A DNA stretch of 64,000 nt from Azolla caroliniana (taxonomy: Eukaryota > Plantae > Polypodiophyta). Location: contig JBHGNT010000011.1 of NCBI GenBank assembly GCA_043228905.1, positions 2,666,001 through 2,730,000 of the forward strand. The letters run 5' to 3'. The translations under genes and the position numbers were made by a program. The stretch's first letter is position 1. Every line of letters starts with the position of its first letter. Below are positions 1 to 9,904 of the stretch, one piece after another. The notes beneath the pieces were generated by a model. That model was not told the DNA's origin. It searched no databases and saw nothing but the letters and a program-made list of their open reading frames with translations.

Positions 1-3000
1 GTGGTCAACTCCGGAGCGTCGTTCCACCTTACCCCGGACCAGAAATACTTCTCATCCTATTCAGCCGGTGATCACGGCTGTGTCCGGATGGGGAATGAAG
101 GTACATGCCGAATTGTCGGCATAGGAGACGTGTGGTTGACAACACCAACCAGATGCAAGTTGTTGCTGAAGGATGTCTGACACGTTCCGGAGGTTCGTCT
201 GAACCTGATATCAGCCGGTCGGCTAGATGATGAAGGCTACACGGGTAGCATCCGGAACGGTGTTATGAAGTTCAGCAAAAGGAGCCTGATTGTGGCTCGG
301 GCCCGGAAGGTAAACACGTTGTACTTGATGAATGCCCGGTTATGCCCGGAAGAAGTGAACATGGCATCCGACACTGCCGGTGAGCTGTGGCACAAGAGGC
401 TGTGTCACATGAGCGAGAAGGGGATGAAGAGGCTTGTAGACGACAACCTCATTCCAGTGAAGAACGTGCACTTGGAGAAGTGCACTAATTGTCTGGCCGG
501 TAAACAAAACGGGACCTCCTTCCGATCGAGGCCACCGATGAGACGTAATGCACCACTGGAGTTGGTGCATACTGATGTATGTCAAGTGGACACAAAGTCA
601 CATGCCGGATCGCAGTACTTCGTGACGTTCATAGATGACCACAACCGGAAGCTGTGGGCCACACTGTTGAAGACGAAGGATCAGGTGTTGTCCGTCTACA
701 AAGAGCTCCACGCGAGAGTGGAAAGAGAAACCGGCCGGAAGCTGAAGGCGGTTCGAGCAGATAACGGAGGTGAATATCGGGGGCAGTTCGAGGAGTATTC
801 TCGCTCGAAGGGAATCCGACTCGAATTTACCGTGCCGAAGACGCCGGAACTAAACGAGCTGGCCAAGAGGATGAACCGGACCATAATGGAGAGGGTCCAG
901 AGTATGTTGGCGCATGCAAAACTACCCAAGAAGTTTTGGGTTGAGGCATTGTCGACGACGACATATGTGATAAACAAATCACCCTCAGTACCCTTGGACG
1001 GAGACACGCCACAGAGAGTCTGAACCGGTAAGGAAGTGTCCTACCGGCATCTGAAGGTATTCGGGTGTCTTGCGTATGTGCATATAGCTAAGGACCGGAG
1101 AGGAAAACTAGATCCGAAGACCCGGCCATGCATATTCCTCGGTTACGGCGATGATGAGTTCGGCTACCGAGTGTGGGACCTGGTCGACAAGAGGATATTC
1201 CGGAGTCGAGATATTATGTTCATGGAGGACAAGACGCTCGCCGACTGGGAGTCGGAGAAGAAGATAATGAACTCTGAGTCGACCGGTAAGGATCGATTCT
1301 ACGATGAGCAGACCCAACCGGCAAGAGACCGGTTAGCACTCGAGGAACCAGCCGGTTACGGTGAGGATACCGAACCGGCAGAAGAAGAAGTAGAGGAAGC
1401 TGAAACCAGAACCAGCCAAGACCCCGAATCGGATTCGGATGAAGATCAAATGGAGGGGCCGGTTACCGAAGCCCAAAGACGGAGATATCCTCTCAGAGAG
1501 AGAAGGGCCCCCCAGAGATTTCTGGATGCAGAGCATGTGCTGCTAACCGATGAGGGGGAGCTAGAAAGCTTCGAAGAAGCGAAGGATGATACCCACAACC
1601 GCAAATGGTTAAGTGTCATGCAGGATGAGATGGATTCCCTGCATGAGAACCATACGTACGAATTGGTGGAGTTGCCGAAAGGAAAGCGGGCACTCCGAAA
1701 CAAGTGGGTGTACAAGTTGAAAAAGGGAGATGCCGGCAACCCCCCGAGATACAAAGCCAGGATCGTGGTGAAGGGGTTCCAGCAGAAGAAGGGCGTGGAC
1801 TTCGACAAGATATTTGCCCCGGTAGTAAAGATGACCTCCATCCAGACGGTGCTGAATATAGCGGCGAGCCTGGATCTCGAGGTAGAGCAGTTGGACGTGA
1901 AGACGGCATTCCTTCACGGTGACCTCGAAGAGGAGATCTACATGCAGCAACCGGAAGGATTCGTGGAGAAAGGGAAGGAGCGCCTGGTTTGCCGGTTGAA
2001 GAAGATCCTTTACGGACTGAAGCAGGCTCCCCGACAATGGTACCGGAAGTTCGACTCCTTCATGACCGATCAAGGGTACCACAAGACGTAGGCCAATCAC
2101 TGCGTGTTTGTGAAGAAGTTCGAAGGAGGCGACTTCCTGATACTCCTTCTGTACGTGGACGACATGTTGATCGTCGAACGGAACCAAGTCAGAATACGGA
2201 TGCTGAAGAAGGCTCTCAACCAAACTTTCGCGATGAAAGACTTGGGTCCGGCAAGACAGATGTTGGGGATGCATATCATCCAGAACTGGCCAACAAAGCA
2301 ATTGTGGTTGTCACAGGAGAAATACGTGACAAAGGTGCTTCAACGGTTCAACATGTTAGAAGCGAAACCGGTCGGATCGACACTCCCGAGAAACTGCAGA
2401 TTATCCGGTAAGCAAAGCCCGAAGACGAAAGCAGAGAAGGCTAATATGATGAAGGTTCCATATGCCTCTGCCGTCGGGAGCTTAATGTACGCAATGGTGT
2501 GTACCCGACCGGATATAGGATACACAGTCGGAGTGGTGAGCCGGTTTATGAGCAATCCCGACAAGGAGCACTGGAACGCGGTCAAATGGATACTCTGGTA
2601 CTTGAAGGGCACTTCAAATATGTGTCTCCGATTCGGCTCCAGAAAACCTCAACTTGACGGTTTAACCAATTCGGACATGTCGGCTGATGTGGATACCAAC
2701 CGGTCTACATCCAGGTATGTAATGACATATGCAGGGGGAGCTCTTTCGTGGCAATCGAGGCTGCAGAAGACGGTTGCGTTGTCAACCACGGAGGCGGACT
2801 ACATGGCGGTTGTGGAAGCCGGCAAGGAAATATTATGGATGAAGGACTTCATCGGAGAGCTCGGTATCCGGCAAGATGAATACCGGCTCTATTGTGACAG
2901 TCAACGTGCCATCCACCTTGCTAAGAATGCGACCTACCATTCCCGGACGAAGCATACCTAGCGAAAGTATCACTAGATCCAAGAAAGAGTAGATGACCAG

Positions 3001-3129
3001 GAGTTCGCGCTGACGAAGATCCACATGGCCGAGAACGGGTCAGATATGTTGACCAAAGTACTAATACCCGACAAGTTGGATGCATGCCGGAAGCGAATCG
3101 GACTAGTAAGACATCCCATGCCGGAGTGA
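1..3129 (+). mobile_element. Ty1/copia (Tork/Tnt1-like) pol pseudogene: protease-GAG_pre-integrase-integrase-RT-RNase H; 5' end outside the window
   Basis: One continuous frame (positions 1, 265, 1036 and 2104 share a frame) with VVNSGASFH protease motif, LWHKRLCH, VHTDVC/FIDD/RADNGGEY integrase, KARIVVKGFQQ, LDVKTAFLHG, LYVDDM RT and YCDSQ...ADMLTK-like RNase H. In-frame stops at 178, 1021, 2089, 2959 and 2974; natural stop at 3127-3129. Confidence 0.97.
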
Positions 3130-3137
3130 AGGGGGAG
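3130..3137 (+). other. Polypurine tract of the copia element
   Basis: AGGGGGAG directly after the pol stop and 2 nt before the TGTTAGG LTR start. Confidence 0.9.
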
Positions 3138-3139
3138 TT

Positions 3140-3850
3140 TGTTAGGAAACAGGTCCCTCCGGATGGGAAGTGAGAAGAACAATACTGATGAGCAAACTCG
3201 GCCGAGGCCGAAACTAGATGTGGAGGACCCGGCTACGGAAGACCCGGTGAGAACCGGATGTGGAGTACCCGGCTACGGAAGACCCGGTGAGAACCGGATG
3301 TGGAGTACCCGACAACGGAAGAACCGGTGAGAACCGGATGACGAGTACCCAACAACGGAAGACCCGGTGAGAACCGGATGACGAGTACCCGGCAAGAGCC
3401 GGATGGTGAAGGCCCGGTGAGAAGTGCTCACCGGATGAAGGGACATATTCGTAAATATGTTTTCTGAGAGTCCATCAGGGCTATATTTGTAAATAGTCAA
3501 AAAGTCATATTAGTATAAATATGACTTAGGGCAAACTTAGTATTGTTGTTGTCATTCTTGTTGGCGCAAGATTAGAGTGCAACAGTGTACAAAGAGAGAG
3601 AGAGAGAGAGAGAGAGACGAAGAATTCGTATCTCTATTGTAAATGCCGCCTGTGGCGAAGACAGTGAACAAGAGGTTGTTGCCTCTGTGTTCATCTATTG
3701 TACATTGTTACATAGTGATAGTTAGCAGTCAGTGGACTGTCGTGGTTTTTCCCGTGTTTGGGTTTTCCACGTAAACATCATGTGTACTCTTCTCTCCATT
3801 GTGTCGTGCATTCATTCCCCGTTTTTCTGCGTTTTGATTCTAAGCTCGGT
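3140..3850 (+). mobile_element. 3' LTR of the copia element (3' end truncated or approximate)
   Basis: Starts TGTTAGGAAAC after the PPT. Contains TATAAAT at ~3514, a (GA)n tract and a CGTGGTTTTTCCC...GGGTTTTCCAC motif shared with the LTR at 26600. Confidence 0.8.
3217..3395 (+). repeat. 40-bp tandem repeat (~4.5 copies) in LTR U3
   Basis: GA(C/A)CCGGTGAGAACCGGATG recurs at 3241, 3281, 3321 and 3361 with no unique spacers. Confidence 0.92.
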
Positions 3851-3859
3851 TGTGGCCGA

Positions 3860-4527
3860 GCGTTGTTCATCGAGAGCGTGTAGCTCCTCTCACCCTCGTC
3901 GCTCCACTCGCGTCACTTGTCGATACGACCGCAAAACCTCCTTACCATGGCCCAGTCTGTCGTGAGCCCTTCATCCGTTTCCAACAGGAGACCCACCTTC
4001 TCCCGGTCCATGGCGTCCACCGACTTGACGAATAGTAGTACCCGGCTTGTGTCGAGCACGGTCCGGTCTAGCGTTGACAGCCGTGCGAACCGTTTCTCGA
4101 ACTCTTGGAGGAGCGTTGACACGTTCCTCCCCTTCCCATGGCTCTCAACCCACGCCATGAAGTCTCGCTTCGACAAACGAAGCGAGTCATCAAACCCATA
4201 CATCTCGAGGAGCCCCAGCTCGAACTCCTCCCAAGTCTAGCATCCGGCCAACACCTGGAGCACCTCTGTGTGGATGCTCGGCGTCACCACCCGAGGGAAT
4301 CCGGACAGCCGCCTGTCCACTGAGATACCCCTCATGATCATTTCGGCCCGGTAGGCCTCCAAGTAGCTCGTGGCATTTTTCCCACCGAATCGACCTATGG
4401 TGCCGACGATCGACTCAATGGCCCTGTCAAGGGCACCCGTTCCCTCGCGAGCGCTCACTAGCCGGTCGACGACTACGGCCATAGCTTCAGCAAGCTCGAA
4501 TCCCCTCATCCTTCGCTCCTTTACCAC
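3860..4527 (-). mobile_element. Ty3/gypsy gag 5' fragment
   Basis: ORFs 4237-4527 and 3913-4203 (GRFGGKNATSYLEAYRAEM..., LLQEFEKRFARLS) lie directly downstream of a PBS on the minus strand. Confidence 0.75.
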
Positions 4528-4531
4528 CTAT

Positions 4532-4549
4532 TTCACGTCGGGTTCACCA
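4532..4549 (-). other. Primer-binding site complementary to tRNA-Trp 3' end
   Basis: Minus strand TGGTGAACCCGACGTGAA, 4 nt after the LTR terminal CA. Matches the 3' end of plant cytosolic tRNA-Trp (…TTCACGTCGGGTTCACCA) as recalled. Confidence 0.85.
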
Positions 4550-4553
4550 AATA

Positions 4554-5288
4554 TGTCGAGTTGTTACGCTCTTCGCATGTGGAAAGAGGCGAGACCGTGG
4601 GGGCCTTGAACCAAGGAGCGTGAGAAAGGAGAGAGAGAGAGAGAGAGAAAAAAAAAAACCCAACTTGCAGAAACACAGAGGGAGAAAGAGAACAAAGTCT
4701 TAATTATAAATCAATAACGAATACAACCGGCAAGCCGGCAACGGACCCAACTCAGGCGAACACACATGCACACGACCCCGACTGCACTGTTGAGCCTCTA
4801 CCGGAAACACACGGGTTGTCCATGAAGCAGAGGCAACTCAGTCTAGAATCCTGTAGAGAATGACGATACCTCAGTCCCAGTTCGGCAGCACTTCATCCTC
4901 GCTCTCCAAAACGCGATACCTCATCCGCCTTCTTCCTTCCCTTTTGTAGGCCCTCGAGGCAAGCCATTGCACCCTCATTTTCATCAAGTTATTCTCTGTC
5001 CTTTCGGGCAAAGATACTCTTCGATTTCCAAGACATTCAATGCGTCAACTGTTACAGAGGCAACAACAACGTCAACTGTAACTTTACAATAACGCACTTA
5101 TCTAACATGATTGCCCTAAGTAACCTTTCGGCTATTTACAAGTTTAGCCCACGGGGCCATATTCAGACTATTTACAAACATAGCCTTCCGTGTTGGCTAT
5201 CTCCATGATTTCCAGTTTCGGCCTCGGCTAAGTTGCTCATCAACACGACTCTTCTCACTTCCAATCCAGAGGGACTTGTTTCCTAACA
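4554..5288 (-). mobile_element. LTR (TG...CA) with copia-like 5' part and gypsy-like 3' part
   Basis: Minus strand begins TGTTAGGAAACAAGTCCCTC (like 3140) and ends ...GCGTAACAACTCGACA (like the LTR at 11249). Confidence 0.7.
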
Positions 5289-5294
5289 AAACGG

Positions 5295-6521
5295 TGTCGT
5301 GAAGATTTTCGGCAACGGTGTGAAAATTGTATGGAATGTACAAAATCGAGTGTGGTTCTTCACACACAATATGAAACAATAATAGTGAAGATATTATTTT
5401 ATATTAGGTTAATATCTTGGTACGAAAAGATGGATGTCTTCAAGAGTTCCGAATGTATTTACTACATGTGAAACAGACAACTTAGTGTCAAGTTATGTGA
5501 GTGTGAAGTTTGAGAAGAAGAAGAGGAAAACAAAACTGTGAGATATCCCACATAGATAGGACACCAGCAAGAATCAAGAGTATATAAGTAGAGCCATATC
5601 TTTTTATATTTCATTTATGTGTTAGGCGCACAAAAACGTTAGGTTGTATAACTTGGACGAATGGATGCGGCCAAGTTGTTCAAAATGGTTTTGGATAACC
5701 GGAACCGGAACCGGCAAGTTGTTCAAAATGGTTTTGGATAACCGGAACCGGAACCGGCTAAATGCATCCGGACGGCGACGGAACCAGACGGAATGTGGAT
5801 CGGATGCGGATTGAACCGGTCGAGATCGGATAAATGGATTAGTCAGGTCGGTTTAATAGGTTGATCGCGACGCGCGGTGTCTTGAAGATTTTTCGGTGTG
5901 GAACAAACAAAATTGTCTAACGGTTCCATCGGTTCATTGGAGGTCAACTAAAGATGTAATATGCAGTTAAACATTTGTAAATACAAGACTAAAGCCTTGT
6001 AAAATTTTGTCTTTATGAGGGTGTAAGTAAGAATTTGAACCTTGCACCTCTTACATAAAAGCCACATGACTTACCACTAAGCTAAGTCATGACTTTAGAG
6101 TTATATTTTTATCATTATAGTTTTCATATGTAAAATCTCATACATGAGAGCTTGGATGAGTGACATGGCAAACATGCATCGCATGCATTTCATGCATTAC
6201 GTGCATGTCTTGCACCCTCCCATGAATCATATGCATGGGGGGATCTATAAAAGAATGCAGGTCAAGCAAGATGGGACTAATGAAGAAATTGGGGAAGAAA
6301 TTAATAATTATAATAAACAAGTTGTCCTAATGGTGATGTATCTTATCTCTCAAATCTAAAATCAATGGTTTAATCTCAATCTCTCTCTCTCCATATCAAT
6401 CTCTCTCAATCTATCATAAATTCTTTCTTGCTAAAGCTAGTCCAAACTTTGAATCCTTGCGGTCCAGGACCCCGGTGGTTCCGCCTCACGATCTGCACGT
6501 AGTGACGGATTTTTCACAACA
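5295..6521 (+). mobile_element. Composite gypsy-type LTR sequence (second LTR start nested at 5878)
   Basis: TGTCGTGAAGATTTTCG at 5295 and TGTCTTGAAGATTTTTCG at 5878; ends TTTTCACAACA at 6521. 5350-5640 is homologous to 8683-8890. A 43-bp duplication lies at ~5672-5758. Confidence 0.75.
6025..6090 (-). pseudogene. tRNA-derived (SINE-head-like) segment with Pol III A and B boxes
   Basis: Minus strand TAGCTTAGTGGTAAG ... GAGGTGCAAGGTTCAAATTC with tRNA-like box spacing; no intact cloverleaf. Confidence 0.55.
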
Positions 6522-6675
6522 ACGATTCCAAAAAATTGTTGGAAGCCTCATATATATAACCATCACCCATCCCAACCTTAGCTATTCGATCGGTGTGATA
6601 AGTCAATCCATGTAGATACCGACTATCGAGCATCTTCAGTGCGTGAATCGAATATTGAGATACGTGAGTGGCAAA
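6522..6675 (+). mobile_element. Copia RT C-terminal fragment
   Basis: Translates as RFQKIVGSLIYITITHPNLSYSIGVISQSM*IPTIEHLQCVNRILRYVSG. Confidence 0.85.
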
Positions 6676-6679
6676 AAAG

Positions 6680-7560
6680 ATCGAGCATTGTTGTACCGAC
6701 AAGTCGTTCAAAGAGAATTAATCAAATGATTTTATGCCACTTATCAGGATGCGAATGAAACTATGTCGTAGTTTATCATAAGATTTCAAAATCTTCACAG
6801 AATGTTGACGGAGCACCCCGGAAGATGAAGTAAAGGAAATATTTCTGACAGCTCTACGGGAGGCGCTCCGGATTACATTGATGGTTTTGGACTTCAAAAT
6901 GAGCACCATCGACCAAGTGATAGATAGTCCTCGACATGGATTGGGCCCAGAACGGTAATAGCATGTTGATGGGAGCACTACAAAGAGCTTTACCCAAGGA
7001 GGAAGACTTGAAGTTCCAAGAGGCAATACAATGCACAACCTACTTGAGCTTGGGCCATTCGAGCCTAGAATGCACTATTGGAACCCATTATGCATTGTGC
7101 CACTCAAGGGCACATACCATAGATAGGTGCGAATACAATCTCCTCAATTGCCAAGCGGCACCAGTACAACAAATAGAGCCTCCTGAGGATCGACAAATAG
7201 AAGAAGAACAATTCCGATGAGAAGACCAATATGGACAGGAGGGAAGATTCCAGTACGATGACGTCCGAAGGAGGGACAAGTATCCAAAAGACCAATATGA
7301 TCGAGACTATTCTCCCGAATACGATCGGAGGAGAGGAGCGAAACAGAGGTACCCGAACCGACAGGGGTACCACAATCAGCACCGAAATCATAAACACCGA
7401 CGTGGAACCCACAATCGGAGGAACGAGCACCCTGATTTTGAACAAGATTATCGACACGGCCTAGACACCAGCAAGGCATTGTCGGAGGGTGGTATAGCGC
7501 AACAGGAACAAAGGAGGACAAAAGAAATCACATAGACAATTTCCGATACGCAATCAGCAA
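6680..7560 (+). mobile_element. Degenerate gypsy gag with two tandem CCHC zinc knuckles
   Basis: FIIRFQNL capsid-like motif and MGALQRALPKEEDLKF, then CTTYLSLGHSSLEC and HYALCHSRAHTIDRC. Homologous to the inverted copy at 10250-10750. Confidence 0.75.
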
Positions 7561-7656
7561 GAAGAGAAAAAGGCAAATCAAGTGGATCCAGGAAATTGTA
7601 CTGTTACTTTTGTCAGTAGGAAGGGCATTGTAGCAGTCAGTGCCTGGTCTAGGCCA

Positions 7657-8110
7657 GAGACGGAAGGTGGCGGCGAGGAAGTGAAGGCCGAGGCAGAAGG
7701 AGACGTCAAGATGAAGAGGGTAGACGATGATCATGAAGAGACTTTCCCCACAAAAGTTCTTGAGACTTGGGCATTAACCGATGTAAGACCCAAGAGACGG
7801 AAGGTGGCGGCAAGGAAGTGAAGGCCGAGGCAGAAGGAGACGTCAAGATGAAGACGGTAGACGATGATCATGAAGAGACTTTCCCCACAAAAGTTCTTGA
7901 GACTTGGGCATTAACCGATGTAAGACCCAAGAGACAGAAGGTGGCGGCAAAGAAACAAAGGTCAAAGCCAATGCGAACAACCATAAGGTGGAAGTGGTTG
8001 AGGGTAGCACGACAAAGGCAATGCCAAACTACAAAATTCCTCCACACTCGTTTGAGAGACTTGGGCATTAACCAATGTAAGACCCAAGAGAAGGACGATG
8101 GCAACGAGGA
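7657..8110 (+). repeat. 137-bp tandem repeat (2 near-perfect copies plus degenerate copies) in retroelement internal region
   Basis: GAGAC(G/A)GAAGGTGGCGGC starts at 7657, 7794 and 7931; GAGACTTGGGCATTAACC recurs again at ~8056. Confidence 0.9.
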
Positions 8111-8676
8111 AGCAAGGACAAAAGCTAATGTGTGCGACAACGAGACCGAACAAACCTCAAAAAGCAAGGACGTGGGCCAAGTGGGCCAAGCGGATCCGAA
8201 AGATGTGATCACAAAATCTAACAAGGATAATACTAGTGAAGAAGTCATGGTCCACTCCAACACAAGAGTATACCACGAAAGTGGACAAAATGGGAAGCAT
8301 ACAATGTGGTCACTTAAGGACCTACAAGAGAGCATGTCGTTAAAGAATGGACCACTAAAAGTACTCAACAATAGTACTTCGATAAGGCCTTCGAAAGGCA
8401 TGCTTGGAACAAGAAAGAATGATAAAAGAAAATTAGATGACCAAGGAGATGACCGAGATGAAGGTGGCACATGCATAAGGAGTGAAGCATTATGCTCTAG
8501 AGGAGCAAAGAGATCCATGACAATCGGTTATGGAAATGCAAAGACTGAACGAAGAATATGGTGGATCGGATGGCAATGGCAGTTCGGGTACATTAATAAA
8601 AAAGTAAAGTAATCAAAAGTGGAGCCTCACCAAAATTGGCACATATCAGTGGATGTGCAGGTTTGGTGGGGGTGAA

Positions 8677-9900
8677 TGTCATGTGAATCTTCTCACACTA
8701 TGTAAATAATAATAATAATAATAAAATAAAATAAGTACTTTATATTAGCTTAATGGCATGTTATAGAAGATGGATGTTTGAGAAGATAGGGAAAATAGAA
8801 TTTTGAAGTATCCCACATAGATAGAAAACTTAAGGCCCTGGCTATATAAGCACATTGAGATCCCTCATTTTTTCATTTGTGCTAAGAACACTTTGGCCAC
8901 TTTGTCTTAATGGATGATGGTGGTTAAGTTCCCAAAAACTAGAAACTAGCCGGTAAGCAAAACTGGAAACCGATTGGTAAGCAAAACCGAAATCGGCCGG
9001 TAAGCAAACCGAAACTGGCCGGGAAGCAATCCGGAACCGAGTCGGTAAGCAAACCGGAATCGGGCTAGTAAGCAAAATTGGAAACTGGTCGGTAAGCAAA
9101 CTGGAACCGGTGGCGGAGCCGACGAGGCGGCGACAACCAACGACCGAACAGAACCGGCGACCGGACGAGGCTGGACGCAAACCGAACGAATAAAAGGATC
9201 ATGTGGCTAATTAAAGTGAAGTGAAGAAAACTAAAGTAAAGGTCATGTGGACGGTCGCATGCAACTAAAAGAAAAAGCCATGCAACTAAAAATAGATGCA
9301 ACTAAAAGAAAAAGCTAAGCAACTAAAAGTAGAGGCCATGCAACAAAAAGTTGACATGCATATGATCAACTAGGAACTCCATATAAAATTCCATCTTTTT
9401 TTTACACTCATTCTCCCTCCATATTATATTTTTTCCTTCTCCGCTCTCCATATTAATTTTCTTTTCCTTCTTAGCTCTCTTATCTTATCTTATCTTATAG
9501 AAGCCATAACTCTCATAAACCCTAATTTTCCCTACGGAAGCTATATCTCTCATAAACCCTAATTTTCCCTACAGAAATCAAAAGCTCTAAATTTCCATAC
9601 GGAAGCTATTCAACTCATAAAGCCATAATCTCTTATCAAAGCCAAAAACCCTAATTTTCTATAGAATTCATATCTTAATTTCCTCTTATCTATTACTCTA
9701 GTAATCTCCATTAACTAAACTTTTTGTAATCTCAATCTTGAGATTGATTGTAATATTTCTTTCCCTTTATTAATGAAATTTGTGAATCTTTCTCATTTTG
9801 TATTAATTGTTTAATATAATCATACGAATCTGATATCTTCTAGTCGGAGGCCCCGGGGTCCTGCCTCAAGTTCACGTATCCTCGTCGTATTTTCGCGACA
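8677..9900 (+). mobile_element. 3' LTR of a gypsy-type element, preceded by a PPT
   Basis: PPT GGTGGGGGTGAA at 8665-8676, TGTCATG start, ends TTTTCGCGACA at 9900. Contains ~21-bp GGTAAGCAAA-type tandem repeats (8945-9115) and AAACCCTAA boxes. Confidence 0.8.
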
Positions 9901-9904
9901 ACGC

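Noticed and set aside
3185-3215. Hammerhead-ribozyme-like CTGATGAG...CGAAAC in the copia LTR (retrozyme idea)
   Set aside because: Stem II is imperfect, no stem I/III pairing around a GUH site could be built, and the sister LTR (~5240, minus) reads TTGATGAG.
3217-3395. Regular repeats resembling a CRISPR array (also 7657-8110 and 8945-9115)
   Set aside because: Head-to-tail tandem units with no unique spacers, no cas genes, and eukaryotic TE context.
7767-8612. 281-aa ORF as a possible env-like extra gene
   Set aside because: Built largely from frame-shifting 137-bp repeats, has a non-ATG start, and shows no transmembrane segment.
5295-9900. A single intact element with LTRs 5295-6521 and 8677-9900
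   Set aside because: LTRs are only partly homologous, no PBS follows 6521 (a copia RT fragment does), and flanks ACGG/ACGC are not identical.
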